A DNA stretch of 64,000 nucleotides. Source: an uncultured Gammaproteobacteria bacterium (lineage in GTDB: Bacteria > Pseudomonadota > Gammaproteobacteria > CAWCPV01). A program made the translations under genes and the position numbers. Location: NCBI GenBank assembly GCA_963797555.1, contig CAWCPV010000013.1, forward strand, positions 1 to 64,000, in the 5' to 3' direction. The notes beneath the pieces were generated by a model that saw nothing but the letters and a program-made list of their open reading frames with translations, was not told the origin of the DNA and ran no database searches. Position 1 is the stretch's first letter. Each line of letters opens with the position of its first letter. Below are positions 1 to 8,233 of this stretch, piece by piece.

Positions 1-198
1 ATGCCACGCAGCTTTGCGAAGGACCTACGTACCCTGTCGGAGGACGAACTCTTGGATCTGCGCCGTCGAGCGGCCGCGGGAGATCGCCAACCGCAAGGCA
101 GGGATCTGCAGCGAACCATGCGCCAGTGGACCGACCTGGCCAAGGAAGCCGGGGTGACGGAGAGGGAGCTGGATATCCTTCTCGGGGGTCGACGGTAA
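1..198 (+). CDS. hypothetical protein (possibly 5'-partial at window edge)
   Basis: 65-aa helical-looking ORF running from base 1 to TAA at 196-198; no recognised motif. Confidence 0.4.
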   Translation: MPRSFAKDLRTLSEDELLDLRRRAAAGDRQPQGRDLQRTMRQWTDLAKEAGVTERELDILLGGRR

Positions 199-281
199 AG
201 GGGAACGTAGCGCACGCGACGGCGGCGCTGTCCCGGCGAGGTGCTTCGAAAGGAAGCGGCGTGCCAGCGCCGATATAGGTC

Positions 282-630
282 ATGACCATCCTCGTCGGCA
301 CCACCTCCTGGACCGACCCCACCCTGATCGAATCCGGCCGGTTCTATCCGCCCGAGGTCCACACCGCGGAGGAGCGGTTGCGCTACTATGCAAGCCAGTT
401 CCCCATCGTCGAGGTGGACAGCTCCTACTACGCCCTGCCCACTGCCCGGAACTCCAAGCTCTGGGTCGAGCGCACCCCCGCAGGCTTCGTGTTCGACGTG
501 AAGGCGTTTCGGCTACTCACCGGCCACCAGACGCCACCCGAGGCATTCCCCAAGGATCTCCGGGATCAGTTGGGACCCACCGACAAGAAGAACCCGCACC
601 ACCGCGATCTGCCGCAGGAGATCCGGGAGG
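282..630 (+). pseudogene. DUF72 family protein, 3'-truncated
   Basis: N-terminus ILVGTTSWTD..FYP..RLRYYASQFPIVEVDSSYYALP..W..RTP.GF.F.VKA is typical of DUF72; similarity ends after ~115 aa and the ORF continues as non-family sequence to 788. Confidence 0.8.
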
Positions 631-775
631 CCGCGCCGGAGCATGCCTTTGCGGATGCCAGATCGGTGTCCGACAGACGCCGGTTTTGCGCTCGGCGGCG
701 AGATGGCTGCCGGGCGCACACTGTCGGTGAATTCGGAAAGGGGTATAACCTACGGCCTTGTCCAAACCGAGTCGG

Positions 776-2566
776 ATGCCCGTCGTGAAGCTACAGGATT
801 CGGATGCGCCGCGGCACGAGGTTTCCCCAGTATCCTTCGCTCTCGTGGCGCTCAGCGTGGGGTGCGTCGCAGGCGGCGGTGCGGTAATCTTTCGCGCCCT
901 TATCGCGCTCGTTCACAACGTGTTCTTCGAGGGAAAACTTTCGCTCTACTACAATACCAACCAACTGGAAGGACTGGGCCTGTTCGGCCCGCTCATCATC
1001 TTGGCACCCGTCATTGGCGGGATGGGCGTGATCTTCCTGGTACGGCGCTTTGCACCCGAGGCCCGCGGTCATGGGGTGCCGGAGATCATGGACGCCGTCT
1101 ATTACAAGGAAGGCCAGATCCGACCTGTCGTCGCCTTCGCCAAGTCGATCGCCTCGGCGCTGGCGATTGGCAGCGGTGCGTCGGTGGGAAGGGAAGGGCC
1201 CATCGCCCAGATCGGGGCGTCCTTCGGCTCGACCGTCGGCCAGGTCTCCAAGCTCGTTCCTTGGCAGACCATTACCCTGGTCGCGGCGGGTGCCGGCGCC
1301 GGGATCGCCGCCACCTTCAATACCCCGCTCGGCGGTGTGCTGTTCGCCGTCGAGCTGCTGATGCCCGAGATCAGCCCACGTACCTTCCTGCCGGTAGTGA
1401 TCGCGACGGGGACCGCGACCTACATCGGGCGCTTGGCCTTCGGGCTCTCGCCGGCATTCAACGTCCCGGCTGCCACGGTCCTGACTGAACCGCCGATTGG
1501 CTTCGCGACGATCATTGCGGCGACTGTGTTCGGGCCCATCTGCGGGCTTGCGTCCTGGGCATTCGTCCGATTGCTGGCCTGGACGGAAGACTTCTTCCCG
1601 CGTCTGCCGGGAAACGAGTATGCCCAGCACGCCACGGGCATGCTGATACTCGGCGCGATGATCTACCTGATGGCGGTGACCACCGGTCACTACCATATCG
1701 AGGGAGTGGGCTACGGGACGATAGAGGCTCTTCTCAACGGCGAGCTGAACTCGGCAACGCTGCTGATTATTCTGTTCGCGGCCAAGCTGCTGGCGACCAC
1801 TATCACGTTGGGGTCCGGATCGTCCGGCGGCATCTTCTCGCCGTCGCTGTTCATGGGCGCCACTCTTGGGGGCTCTTTTGCTCTTCTCGGTGAGACGCTC
1901 TTGCCTGGGACCCTGGGCTTGCACGCTGCGCATTTCGCCATAATTGGCATGGGTGCGGTCGTTGCAGGGGCCACCGGGGCTGCCATGACCGCCATCGTCA
2001 TGATCTTCGAGATGACCCGCGACTACTACATCATCCTCCCCTTGATCATCGCGGTGGCTTTCTCAGTCGGCGTCAGGGAGATCCTTTCGAGGAATACCAT
2101 TTACACAATCAAGCTGGTGCGCCGCGGCCGGCACATTCCCATGGGGCACCAGACCAATATGTACCTTGTCCGTCATGCGGCAGAGGTGATGGACTCCAAT
2201 GTAACTGTCTTACCAGCCGACACGCCATTGGAACATGCGCAGTCGCTGGTGAGCTGTGAGCGTGCGACCGCGCCCTTCATCGTCAGCCGCACAGGCCGCA
2301 TCGTGGGTGTGGCGCGGGTCGCGACGCTCGCCCGACCGCCGGAGGACGCCGCGGCGCCGCTCAAGGTCGGCGATCTGGCCACCAAGGACTTCGTCGTGGC
2401 GTCGGAGAACGACATTCTGAGCGATGTCCTGTCCCGGCTCAGCAAGCGGCGGGGAAGTTTCGCGATCATCGTCCGCGGGACGCGTCGCATACCTCGGGCG
2501 GACGACGTGGTCGGCGTGATCGGGCGGCAGGAAGTGGGGGAGTGTATCTTGCAGACATACCGGTAG
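776..2566 (+). CDS. ClC-family chloride channel / Cl-/H+ antiporter with C-terminal CBS pair
   Basis: Signature motifs GHGVPE, GASVGREGP, FNTPLGG and GGIFSPSLFMG; many TM segments; CBS-like C-terminus. Start taken at ATG 776. Confidence 0.93.
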   Translation: MPVVKLQDSDAPRHEVSPVSFALVALSVGCVAGGGAVIFRALIALVHNVFFEGKLSLYYNTNQLEGLGLFGPLIILAPVIGGMGVIFLVRRFAPEARGHGVPEIMDAVYYKEGQIRPVVAFAKSIASALAIGSGASVGREGPIAQIGASFGSTVGQVSKLVPWQTITLVAAGAGAGIAATFNTPLGGVLFAVELLMPEISPRTFLPVVIATGTATYIGRLAFGLSPAFNVPAATVLTEPPIGFATIIAATVFGPICGLASWAFVRLLAWTEDFFPRLPGNEYAQHATGMLILGAMIYLMAVTTGHYHIEGVGYGTIEALLNGELNSATLLIILFAAKLLATTITLGSGSSGGIFSPSLFMGATLGGSFALLGETLLPGTLGLHAAHFAIIGMGAVVAGATGAAMTAIVMIFEMTRDYYIILPLIIAVAFSVGVREILSRNTIYTIKLVRRGRHIPMGHQTNMYLVRHAAEVMDSNVTVLPADTPLEHAQSLVSCERATAPFIVSRTGRIVGVARVATLARPPEDAAAPLKVGDLATKDFVVASENDILSDVLSRLSKRRGSFAIIVRGTRRIPRADDVVGVIGRQEVGECILQTYR

Positions 2567-2635
2567 GCCGAGTCGCGACGGCATACCATACATCAGGCCG
2601 AGCAACGTACCTCTGGCCAGGAAGACTCACGGACA

Positions 2636-2706
2636 GGTGAGCTGCCCGCTGTGGCGTTGCCTGTCCACGCCCACATGCTCCGCCACGGGTGGGTATGGGT
2701 GCTCTG
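2636..2706 (+). pseudogene. tyrosine recombinase (FimB/FimE/Xer-like) box II relic
   Basis: Reads GELPAVALPVHAHMLRHG, matching the H-x-L-R-H catalytic box; not part of a long ORF. Confidence 0.5.
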
Positions 2707-3370
2707 GAACTGCACCAGCTCGTCCTCCGTGTACCGCTCGACGGGCTGAACACCTTAATGGTGCGCATGGAGTTGTTCGAAGCGGATAGCTTCAGCTACT
2801 CCTGCGACGAGGCAGGGACGGTGCAAAGCACCGAGCCGAGGAGGTAGCGATAGGCGCGGGTCCGGCGGGCTCTGACAACTCGTCGCGAGGGCGACGGCGC
2901 AAGAGGGACTCGGATGTCTTGTTGTGCAGGCCGGGGCCCCCCGACGCAGTCGCGAGATCCAACCGCCCAAAATCCACCATAGGACAAAGAAGGCGGCGGC
3001 AGACGTGATCGCGACGACGTTTGGGTGGCGCCCGACCACCACTCCCTGCCTTCCTATGACCGCTTCCAGGGTTAGAACGGCCGTTCGGCCGCGAAGTCCT
3101 GAATGGCCGATTCCGGTCATCGGAGCCGCTGACTGCAGTGAAGCGATCCCCGAAGCGGGGGTCGGCCCTGCGCCGGCTAGAGGGTGGCGCCGTGGCTGTG
3201 GAGACATCGCGCACGGGAGGCGCACTGAACGGTCGCCGCGATCCCGCTCTAACCCCTTGACAACGTTCCGATCACCGAGCTTCGGGTTACAATGGCTCTG
3301 GTCGGGGGCTTCGATGCCGGCGGCTGAGCCGCAAGCGCAGTCCCTGAAATTTACAGGCGATCATCAGGCG

Positions 3371-3775
3371 ATGGCACAGTTCCAGGCGGGGCAATCGGGC
3401 AATCCCAGAGGCAAGCCCAAGGGCGCCAAGGACAAGCGCACCGGTCTGCGGGCGCTGCTCCAGCCCCATGCCGATGCGTTGGTAAGGAAGGCCGTGGACC
3501 TCGCGCTTGCGGGCGACACTGCGGCCTTGCGCCTGTGCCTGGATCGGCTGATGGCGCCCGTGAGGCCGCGCGATGAGCCGGTGGAGTTGGGCGAGCTGCA
3601 GGGCACCTTGGCCGAGCAGGGCCAAGGCATCCTCGGGGCGATGGGACGAGGCCAGCTCGCCCCCTCCGAGGCGGGGAGGCTGCTGCAGGCGCTCGCCGCA
3701 CAGGCGCGCATTACCGGGGCGGAGGAGCTGGAACAGCGCATCCAGGCCCTGGAGCAGAAGAGCGCGACCCGATGA
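3371..3775 (+). CDS. DUF5681-like protein (terminase-small-subunit-like, phage/satellite associated)
   Basis: Starts MAQFQAGQSGNPRGKPKG; contains A.AGD.AALRLCLDRL..P; coiled-coil end LEQRIQALE. Confidence 0.8.
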   Translation: MAQFQAGQSGNPRGKPKGAKDKRTGLRALLQPHADALVRKAVDLALAGDTAALRLCLDRLMAPVRPRDEPVELGELQGTLAEQGQGILGAMGRGQLAPSEAGRLLQALAAQARITGAEELEQRIQALEQKSATR

Positions 3776-4005
3776 GCCTCAAGACCCGCGTGGCGTGCCT
3801 TGAGGCGGCAGCAGCCCAGCGCTATGCCCAGAGCCACGAGCAGTGGCTGCGGTCACTTAGCGTGGAGGAGGGTAGCCGGGCTGGCGTGTTCTGCGCTTGT
3901 AGAAGCTTATACAGGGCCGATGTGCTGCGATGCGGCCGGGAAGCGTTGGGGCTGCGTGGTTGTGTGTACCCTTCCGTGTATCCAAGGGGGGCGCAGAAAA
4001 GATAG
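3772..4005 (+). CDS. small hypothetical protein coupled to the DUF5681-like gene (3' part may be degenerate)
   Basis: ATGA overlap with the upstream stop; MSLKTRVACLE N-terminus. Confidence 0.45.
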   Translation: MSLKTRVACLEAAAAQRYAQSHEQWLRSLSVEEGSRAGVFCACRSLYRADVLRCGREALGLRGCVYPSVYPRGAQKR

Positions 4006-4106
4006 GCTGTTTTGGCTGTTTCGTGCAAGGCGCCTCGCGCGCGGCTGAGTTTTGGTCGTTGGGCCGGCAGAGCCGCGACATCCCCAACCTCAGGAAGGTT
4101 TCGCCT

Positions 4107-5312
4107 ATGACCAAGTTGCGTGGATTGTTCGGGGCCGCCATCGTCCTGTACTTCATCATCGCCCTTGAGGTGCTGATCATGATCAGCCCCTTCGCCGCGT
4201 TCTTCTATGCCGCCTTCAATCCCGTCCTCCTCTGGTTGGCCCAAGGACCAGCCACACGCTGGTTGGCGGCATTCTTCCTGCCGCACATGATCGTACCCCC
4301 GGGGCTATTCCTCCAGACGGTGCGGGTCGCGGGTTCAGTCCTGTTCGTGGGCGGGACGGCCATTTTCCTCGTCTGCGCCGGGCAAGTGTACTTCCACAAA
4401 TTCCTCCAGCGTGGCCCGGTCCTCGGCGGACTCTACCGGTGGATACGGCACCCACAGTACCTGGCCCTGGCGGCCACGGGGTTGGGTTTGGCCATCCTGT
4501 GGCCCCGGTTCCTCACCATTGTTCTGTGGACGGTCATGGTCGGGCTCTACTACCTCCTGGCACGGGACGAAGAGCGGCGGATGGTGAACCAGTTCGGCGA
4601 CGAGTACCGGCAGTACGTGGCCCGGACGGGCATGTTTCTGCCCCGGGGCCTGGAGCAAGCTGCACAGCGGCTTCTTCCTCAATCACGATGGCTTCGACCA
4701 CTGCTCGGCTTTGCTCTATGCGTTGGGTTTGCGGTGGGTGGCGCCTTTGCCCTGCGAGCCTACACGGTGGCCCGGCTGCCGTTGTGGACGACGGGGCGGA
4801 TCACGGCCATGGCCATCCTCCCGGCCGACTCGATCATGCTCGAACACCGGATGGCCGCAGTCCTCGATCTCCCCCAGGTGCGGTCCCGGCTCGATACGAT
4901 CGCCGGCCCCGTTCTCGTCTATTGGGTCCCGCAGGAATACGTGATGCAGGGAATGATCGCCGACACCGGCTCGCAGTGGCGCCTCTATGAGCATCATCAG
5001 ACGCTGGCGATGATCACCGACTGGATCTTCCATCCCTTCCGGCACCTGGAAGGCGGCCACATGATGATGCATCACGGCGCGGGCGGCACGTCGGCGGCGG
5101 GCATTCTCTCGGTCGGGATGGTCCGTCGGCTGATTTTCCTGCGCATCGAGACCTCGCGGCCGAACCCCACGCCAGGGCTCATCTTCGGTATCAACACAAG
5201 GCGTGTGCCGGAGTTTCTTGCCGACGTCGATATCCCCAACCTGACGCTGCTGGACATCCACTCACTAGGCCCGGGTACAGGATGGGGGCGCGTTCCGACC
5301 CCGATGTTTTAG
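4107..5312 (+). CDS. isoprenylcysteine carboxyl methyltransferase (ICMT/PEMT)-family membrane protein with long C-terminal extension
   Basis: Motif GLYRWIRHPQY...EE..M..QFGDEY.QY..RT..FLP; multiple TM helices; His/Met-rich patch in the C-terminal domain. Confidence 0.8.
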   Translation: MTKLRGLFGAAIVLYFIIALEVLIMISPFAAFFYAAFNPVLLWLAQGPATRWLAAFFLPHMIVPPGLFLQTVRVAGSVLFVGGTAIFLVCAGQVYFHKFLQRGPVLGGLYRWIRHPQYLALAATGLGLAILWPRFLTIVLWTVMVGLYYLLARDEERRMVNQFGDEYRQYVARTGMFLPRGLEQAAQRLLPQSRWLRPLLGFALCVGFAVGGAFALRAYTVARLPLWTTGRITAMAILPADSIMLEHRMAAVLDLPQVRSRLDTIAGPVLVYWVPQEYVMQGMIADTGSQWRLYEHHQTLAMITDWIFHPFRHLEGGHMMMHHGAGGTSAAGILSVGMVRRLIFLRIETSRPNPTPGLIFGINTRRVPEFLADVDIPNLTLLDIHSLGPGTGWGRVPTPMF

Positions 5313-5317
5313 ACCCG

Positions 5318-5383
5318 CGCGTGGAGGTGCTGCTGCATCCCAAGGCTGTTGCACGGCTGGAGCGAAGGGTTATCCCTAGATGA
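5318..5383 (+). pseudogene. 5'-truncated third copy of the RHH-like ORF
   Basis: Reads RVEVLLHPKAVARLERRVIPR*, compared with RVELYLSPAAVAWLD in the next ORF; its TGA overlaps ATG 5380. Confidence 0.5.
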
Positions 5384-5730
5384 GTCAAGCCGAACGGCAA
5401 GCCCGCTGGCGCAAGAGCACCTCGCGCCGCCGGGTGGAACTGTATCTGTCACCCGCGGCGGTCGCATGGCTGGATGCCGCAGCACGAGACGCCGCATGCG
5501 GGCGCGCCGGAGTCATCGAAAGCATGATCAAAGAAAATCTGTCACCGGTAGATGCCAGCCACCTGCGCGGGGTACCCCGCGTCTACGAAGACCACCGTTA
5601 CCTGCGACAAATCCCAACCGGTCGTATTTATATCTGGACCGAAGCCTTGGTGAGACGACCGGACATGGAGAACTACGAGCCGCCGCCTCGCAGTACGGAC
5701 GCAGCCGGTAGACATGCAGTCAAGGGATAA
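5380..5730 (+). CDS. ribbon-helix-helix-like DNA-binding protein, copy 1
   Basis: MSQAERQARWR...RVELYLSP....WLD..A.....GRA.VIE fits a CopG/RHH pattern; unique C-terminal half. Confidence 0.65.
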   Translation: MSQAERQARWRKSTSRRRVELYLSPAAVAWLDAAARDAACGRAGVIESMIKENLSPVDASHLRGVPRVYEDHRYLRQIPTGRIYIWTEALVRRPDMENYEPPPRSTDAAGRHAVKG

Positions 5731-6043
5731 TACCCGCATGAGTCAAGCCGAGCGTCAGGCCCGCTGGCGTGCCAGCACTTCTCGCAAACGAGTGGAGCTG
5801 TATCTGTCGCCCGAGGTGCTGGAATGGCTCGATGCCACAGCACGCCAGTGCAAGTGTGGGCGCGCCGAGGTGGTCGAGAGCATCATCTATGGGACACGGC
5901 TTCCGCCGCTACTGGTAGACATTCGCCGGCGCCTATTGGATGCGTACCGAGCGACGCCACGCAAGCCGCTGCGCAGTAGCTTGGACGAGGCCATGCAGGA
6001 GTTTGCGAAGTACGGCACGTAATCGGTAGACGTGCGGACAAGG
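5692..6043 (+). repeat. imperfect ~35-bp direct repeat at the end of each RHH unit (5692-5725 and 6009-6043)
   Basis: AGTACGG-ACGCAGCCGGTAGACATGCAGTCAAGG vs AGTACGGCACGTAATCGGTAGACGTGCGGACAAGG; 28 of 35 columns identical by manual alignment. Confidence 0.75.
5738..6022 (+). CDS. ribbon-helix-helix-like DNA-binding protein, copy 2
   Basis: First ~50 aa paralogous to 5380-5730; unrelated C-terminus. Confidence 0.65.
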   Translation: MSQAERQARWRASTSRKRVELYLSPEVLEWLDATARQCKCGRAEVVESIIYGTRLPPLLVDIRRRLLDAYRATPRKPLRSSLDEAMQEFAKYGT

Positions 6044-6067
6044 ATTCAGCCGCGCGTTATGTTAAAT
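6040..6067 (+). other. dif-like site with a perfect XerD arm and a degenerate XerC side
   Basis: TTATGTTAAAT at 6057-6067 is identical to the E. coli dif XerD arm; preceded by 6-bp CGCGCG and a poorly matching 11-mer. Confidence 0.5.
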
Positions 6068-6197
6068 GGTGATATACAAGTTTCTCCCCCTCCCGCTGCG
6101 GCCGACCCGCACGCTGGGGACGGTGAACGACGGCGCGGCTTGCGTGGATTTCAGGGTAGCTTTGCCTAATGATTTCGGTTAAATCCGGCGGCTGAGG

Positions 6198-6821
6198 ATG
6201 GGCGGCAAAGGTAGCGGCCGGCGCTGGCATGATGACGCGGCTGAATGTACTGGCGATTACCGCCAGCTCGACGTACGGCGCTGGCAGAGGGAGGGTTTTC
6301 TGATACCGGGCCGGGCCTTCGGCTGGCAGTGGACGAGCGATAGCGAACCCGTGGCCTGGATTCAAGTGCGGGCGGAAACCGATCGGGTCATCCTCACCTA
6401 CCGGTATCAACGGGGCGACGAGGAGTGGAGGGATGAGTGCTACCCGGCGCGCCTGGATTGGACACCTTGCAACTACGGCGGGGCACGGGTGTGGTTTCGC
6501 TGCCCAGCGGTCGGCTGTGGCCGGCGGGTGGCGATTCTTTACTTGGGGAGCGCGATCTTCGCCTGTCGGCACTGTTACCGGCTGGTATATCCAAGCCAGC
6601 GGGAAAACCCTGGCGACCGAGCCATGCGGCAAGCGGACAAAATCCGGGAACGGCTGGGCTGGAAGTCGGGCATCCTGAACGGCGAAGGCTCAAAGCCCAA
6701 GGGGATGCACTGGCGCACGTTCGTGCGGCTGACCGCAAGGCACCACGACCTTGTCATGGCGAGTTGGGCGGACGTGATGCGGCGGTGCGGGCTCTGGCCG
6801 ATGCCTCCCGACGACGGGTGA
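6198..6821 (+). CDS. uncharacterised Cys-rich (putative Zn-binding) 'MGGxGSG' protein, copy 1
   Basis: MGGKGSG start; YGG.R.WF.CP..GCGRRVA.LY....FACRHC..L.Y.SQ; KPKGMHWRTF; GAGG RBS upstream. Confidence 0.75.
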   Translation: MGGKGSGRRWHDDAAECTGDYRQLDVRRWQREGFLIPGRAFGWQWTSDSEPVAWIQVRAETDRVILTYRYQRGDEEWRDECYPARLDWTPCNYGGARVWFRCPAVGCGRRVAILYLGSAIFACRHCYRLVYPSQRENPGDRAMRQADKIRERLGWKSGILNGEGSKPKGMHWRTFVRLTARHHDLVMASWADVMRRCGLWPMPPDDG

Positions 6822-6954
6822 ATCCGTTTCGGGGTTAGTCCCTAGGCCCGGCCGAGGAAGGCGCGCCAGACGCACTGAGAGTCCGTAGGAGCCCATATTG
6901 GACCCGACCGAATAGGTGTCCTGACCCCCCAACCTCTTTCCCAGCTCCCCGGCC

Positions 6955-7183
6955 ATGCGACACATCATCCTCGCCTTTCTGCTGACCCTGCCGGCCCTGG
7001 CTGCGGCCATCGAGTACACGGGCAAGGTCACTTCCGTCCACGACGGCGACACCATTCGCATCCTCTACCACGACGGGGAGTTAAAGGTCCGGCTGGAGTG
7101 CATCGACGCCCCGGAGTTGCGCCAACCCTACGGCGAGCGCTCGAAGCAGACCCTCTCGAACCTGGTCTTCGCCACGGGATACG
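6955..7183 (+). pseudogene. thermonuclease (SNase-like) family protein, 3'-truncated
   Basis: Signal peptide, then V.SVHDGDTI...KVRL.CIDAPEL.QPYG..S...L; similarity stops where the GYD gene's stop codon begins. Confidence 0.8.
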
Positions 7184-7477
7184 CTAGGCCATCTTGCCAA
7201 GAATCCCGTTCATCTCGTCTTTGGAGAAGGCTCGTAGGATCTGCGAGCGAACATTGCCTGCCGCACCAATGGCCAATGCGTACGCGGTTACTGATTCGTC
7301 GTCCGGTGCTTCGATGATCGCGACAAGGTCATAGTGCCCCAGCGTCCAGTAAATCTGCGTCATCTTGGCCCCGAACTGCTTTGCCGCATCCTTGACAGCA
7401 TCGGCGCGTTTCGTTGTGTCCTTAACGTTGCGAATCCCTTGATCCGTAAAGTTCAAAAGCGCGATGTAGGTCGCCAT
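7184..7477 (-). CDS. GYD domain-containing protein
   Basis: MATYIALLNFTDQGIRNVK...YWTLGHYDLVAIIEAPDDE...GNVRSQILRAF. Confidence 0.9.
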   Translation of the reverse strand: MATYIALLNFTDQGIRNVKDTTKRADAVKDAAKQFGAKMTQIYWTLGHYDLVAIIEAPDDESVTAYALAIGAAGNVRSQILRAFSKDEMNGILGKMA

Positions 7478-7597
7478 CACTGCTCTCCTTTAGGTACGCG
7501 GGACCCCCGCGGCGGTCCCGTAACGCTGGCCTAGTTGAGTTGCGGAGCCTCTCGACCCCGCCCCTCCCATGCTACCGCACATCCGGGTCCCGCTTAC

Positions 7598-8233
7598 AGG
7601 GGCGGGCCGGGTAGCGGCAATTGGTACAGGTGGGATAAGCGCGACACCGTGGAGGACTGCAAAGCCCTAGACGTGCGCTACCTGTACCGTCATGGAATGC
7701 TGGCGTCCTTGTGCTGGAGTAACCTGAGCTGGTCGCGGGCTGGCGGGCCGGTCGGCAATATCAGCCTCCGAGCAGACCCGGAGCGCGTGATACTGAATTA
7801 CCGCTACCGGCGATACCATGACGACTGGCAGCCCGTGGAGCAGCCAGTACCTCTGGCCTGGACTTCTTGTCACTACGGGGGACAACGTCCCTGGTTCATC
7901 TGTCCCGGAGTGGTGAACGGGCGCTATTGCGGCCGGCAGGTGGCAGTGCTGTATGCGGCGGGGAGATACTTTCTCTGCCGTCACTGCTACCGGCTGCCCT
8001 ACGCAAGCCAGAACGAAAGCGACCTGGACCGGCTGCAACGCAGGGCACGCAAGCTCAGGCGTCGGGTGGGGGCAGACGACAGGCTTGACGACCCGATCTT
8101 GGGGAAACCAAAGGGGATGCACTGGAGGACCTTCGAGCGGCTGCGGGCCGAAGCGGAGGCCGCGAGCGAGGTGGCGAACGTTATGATATGGGAGAAGCTG
8201 GCAGTGCTGACGAAGATGCGGCGGAGGCAAGTA
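7598..8233 (+). CDS. Cys-rich 'GGxGSG' protein, copy 2 (AGG where the start ATG is expected; no stop before the next gene)
   Basis: GGPGSG...LDVR...YGG.RPWF.CP....CGRQVA.LY....FLCRHC..L.Y.SQ...KPKGMHWRTF; paralog of 6198-6821. Confidence 0.6.

Noticed and set aside
3257-3293. TTGACA...TACAAT sigma70 promoter upstream of the DUF5681-like gene
   Set aside because: The spacer is 25 nt, too long for a sigma70 promoter.
2755-3370. ORFs 2755-3225 and 2792-3214, and the N-terminal extension of 2924-3775
   Set aside because: No family motifs; only the part from ATG 3371 looks like a real protein.
5692-6043. CRISPR-like repeat-spacer array
   Set aside because: Only two imperfect repeats ~320 bp apart, with coding sequence between them and no cas genes.
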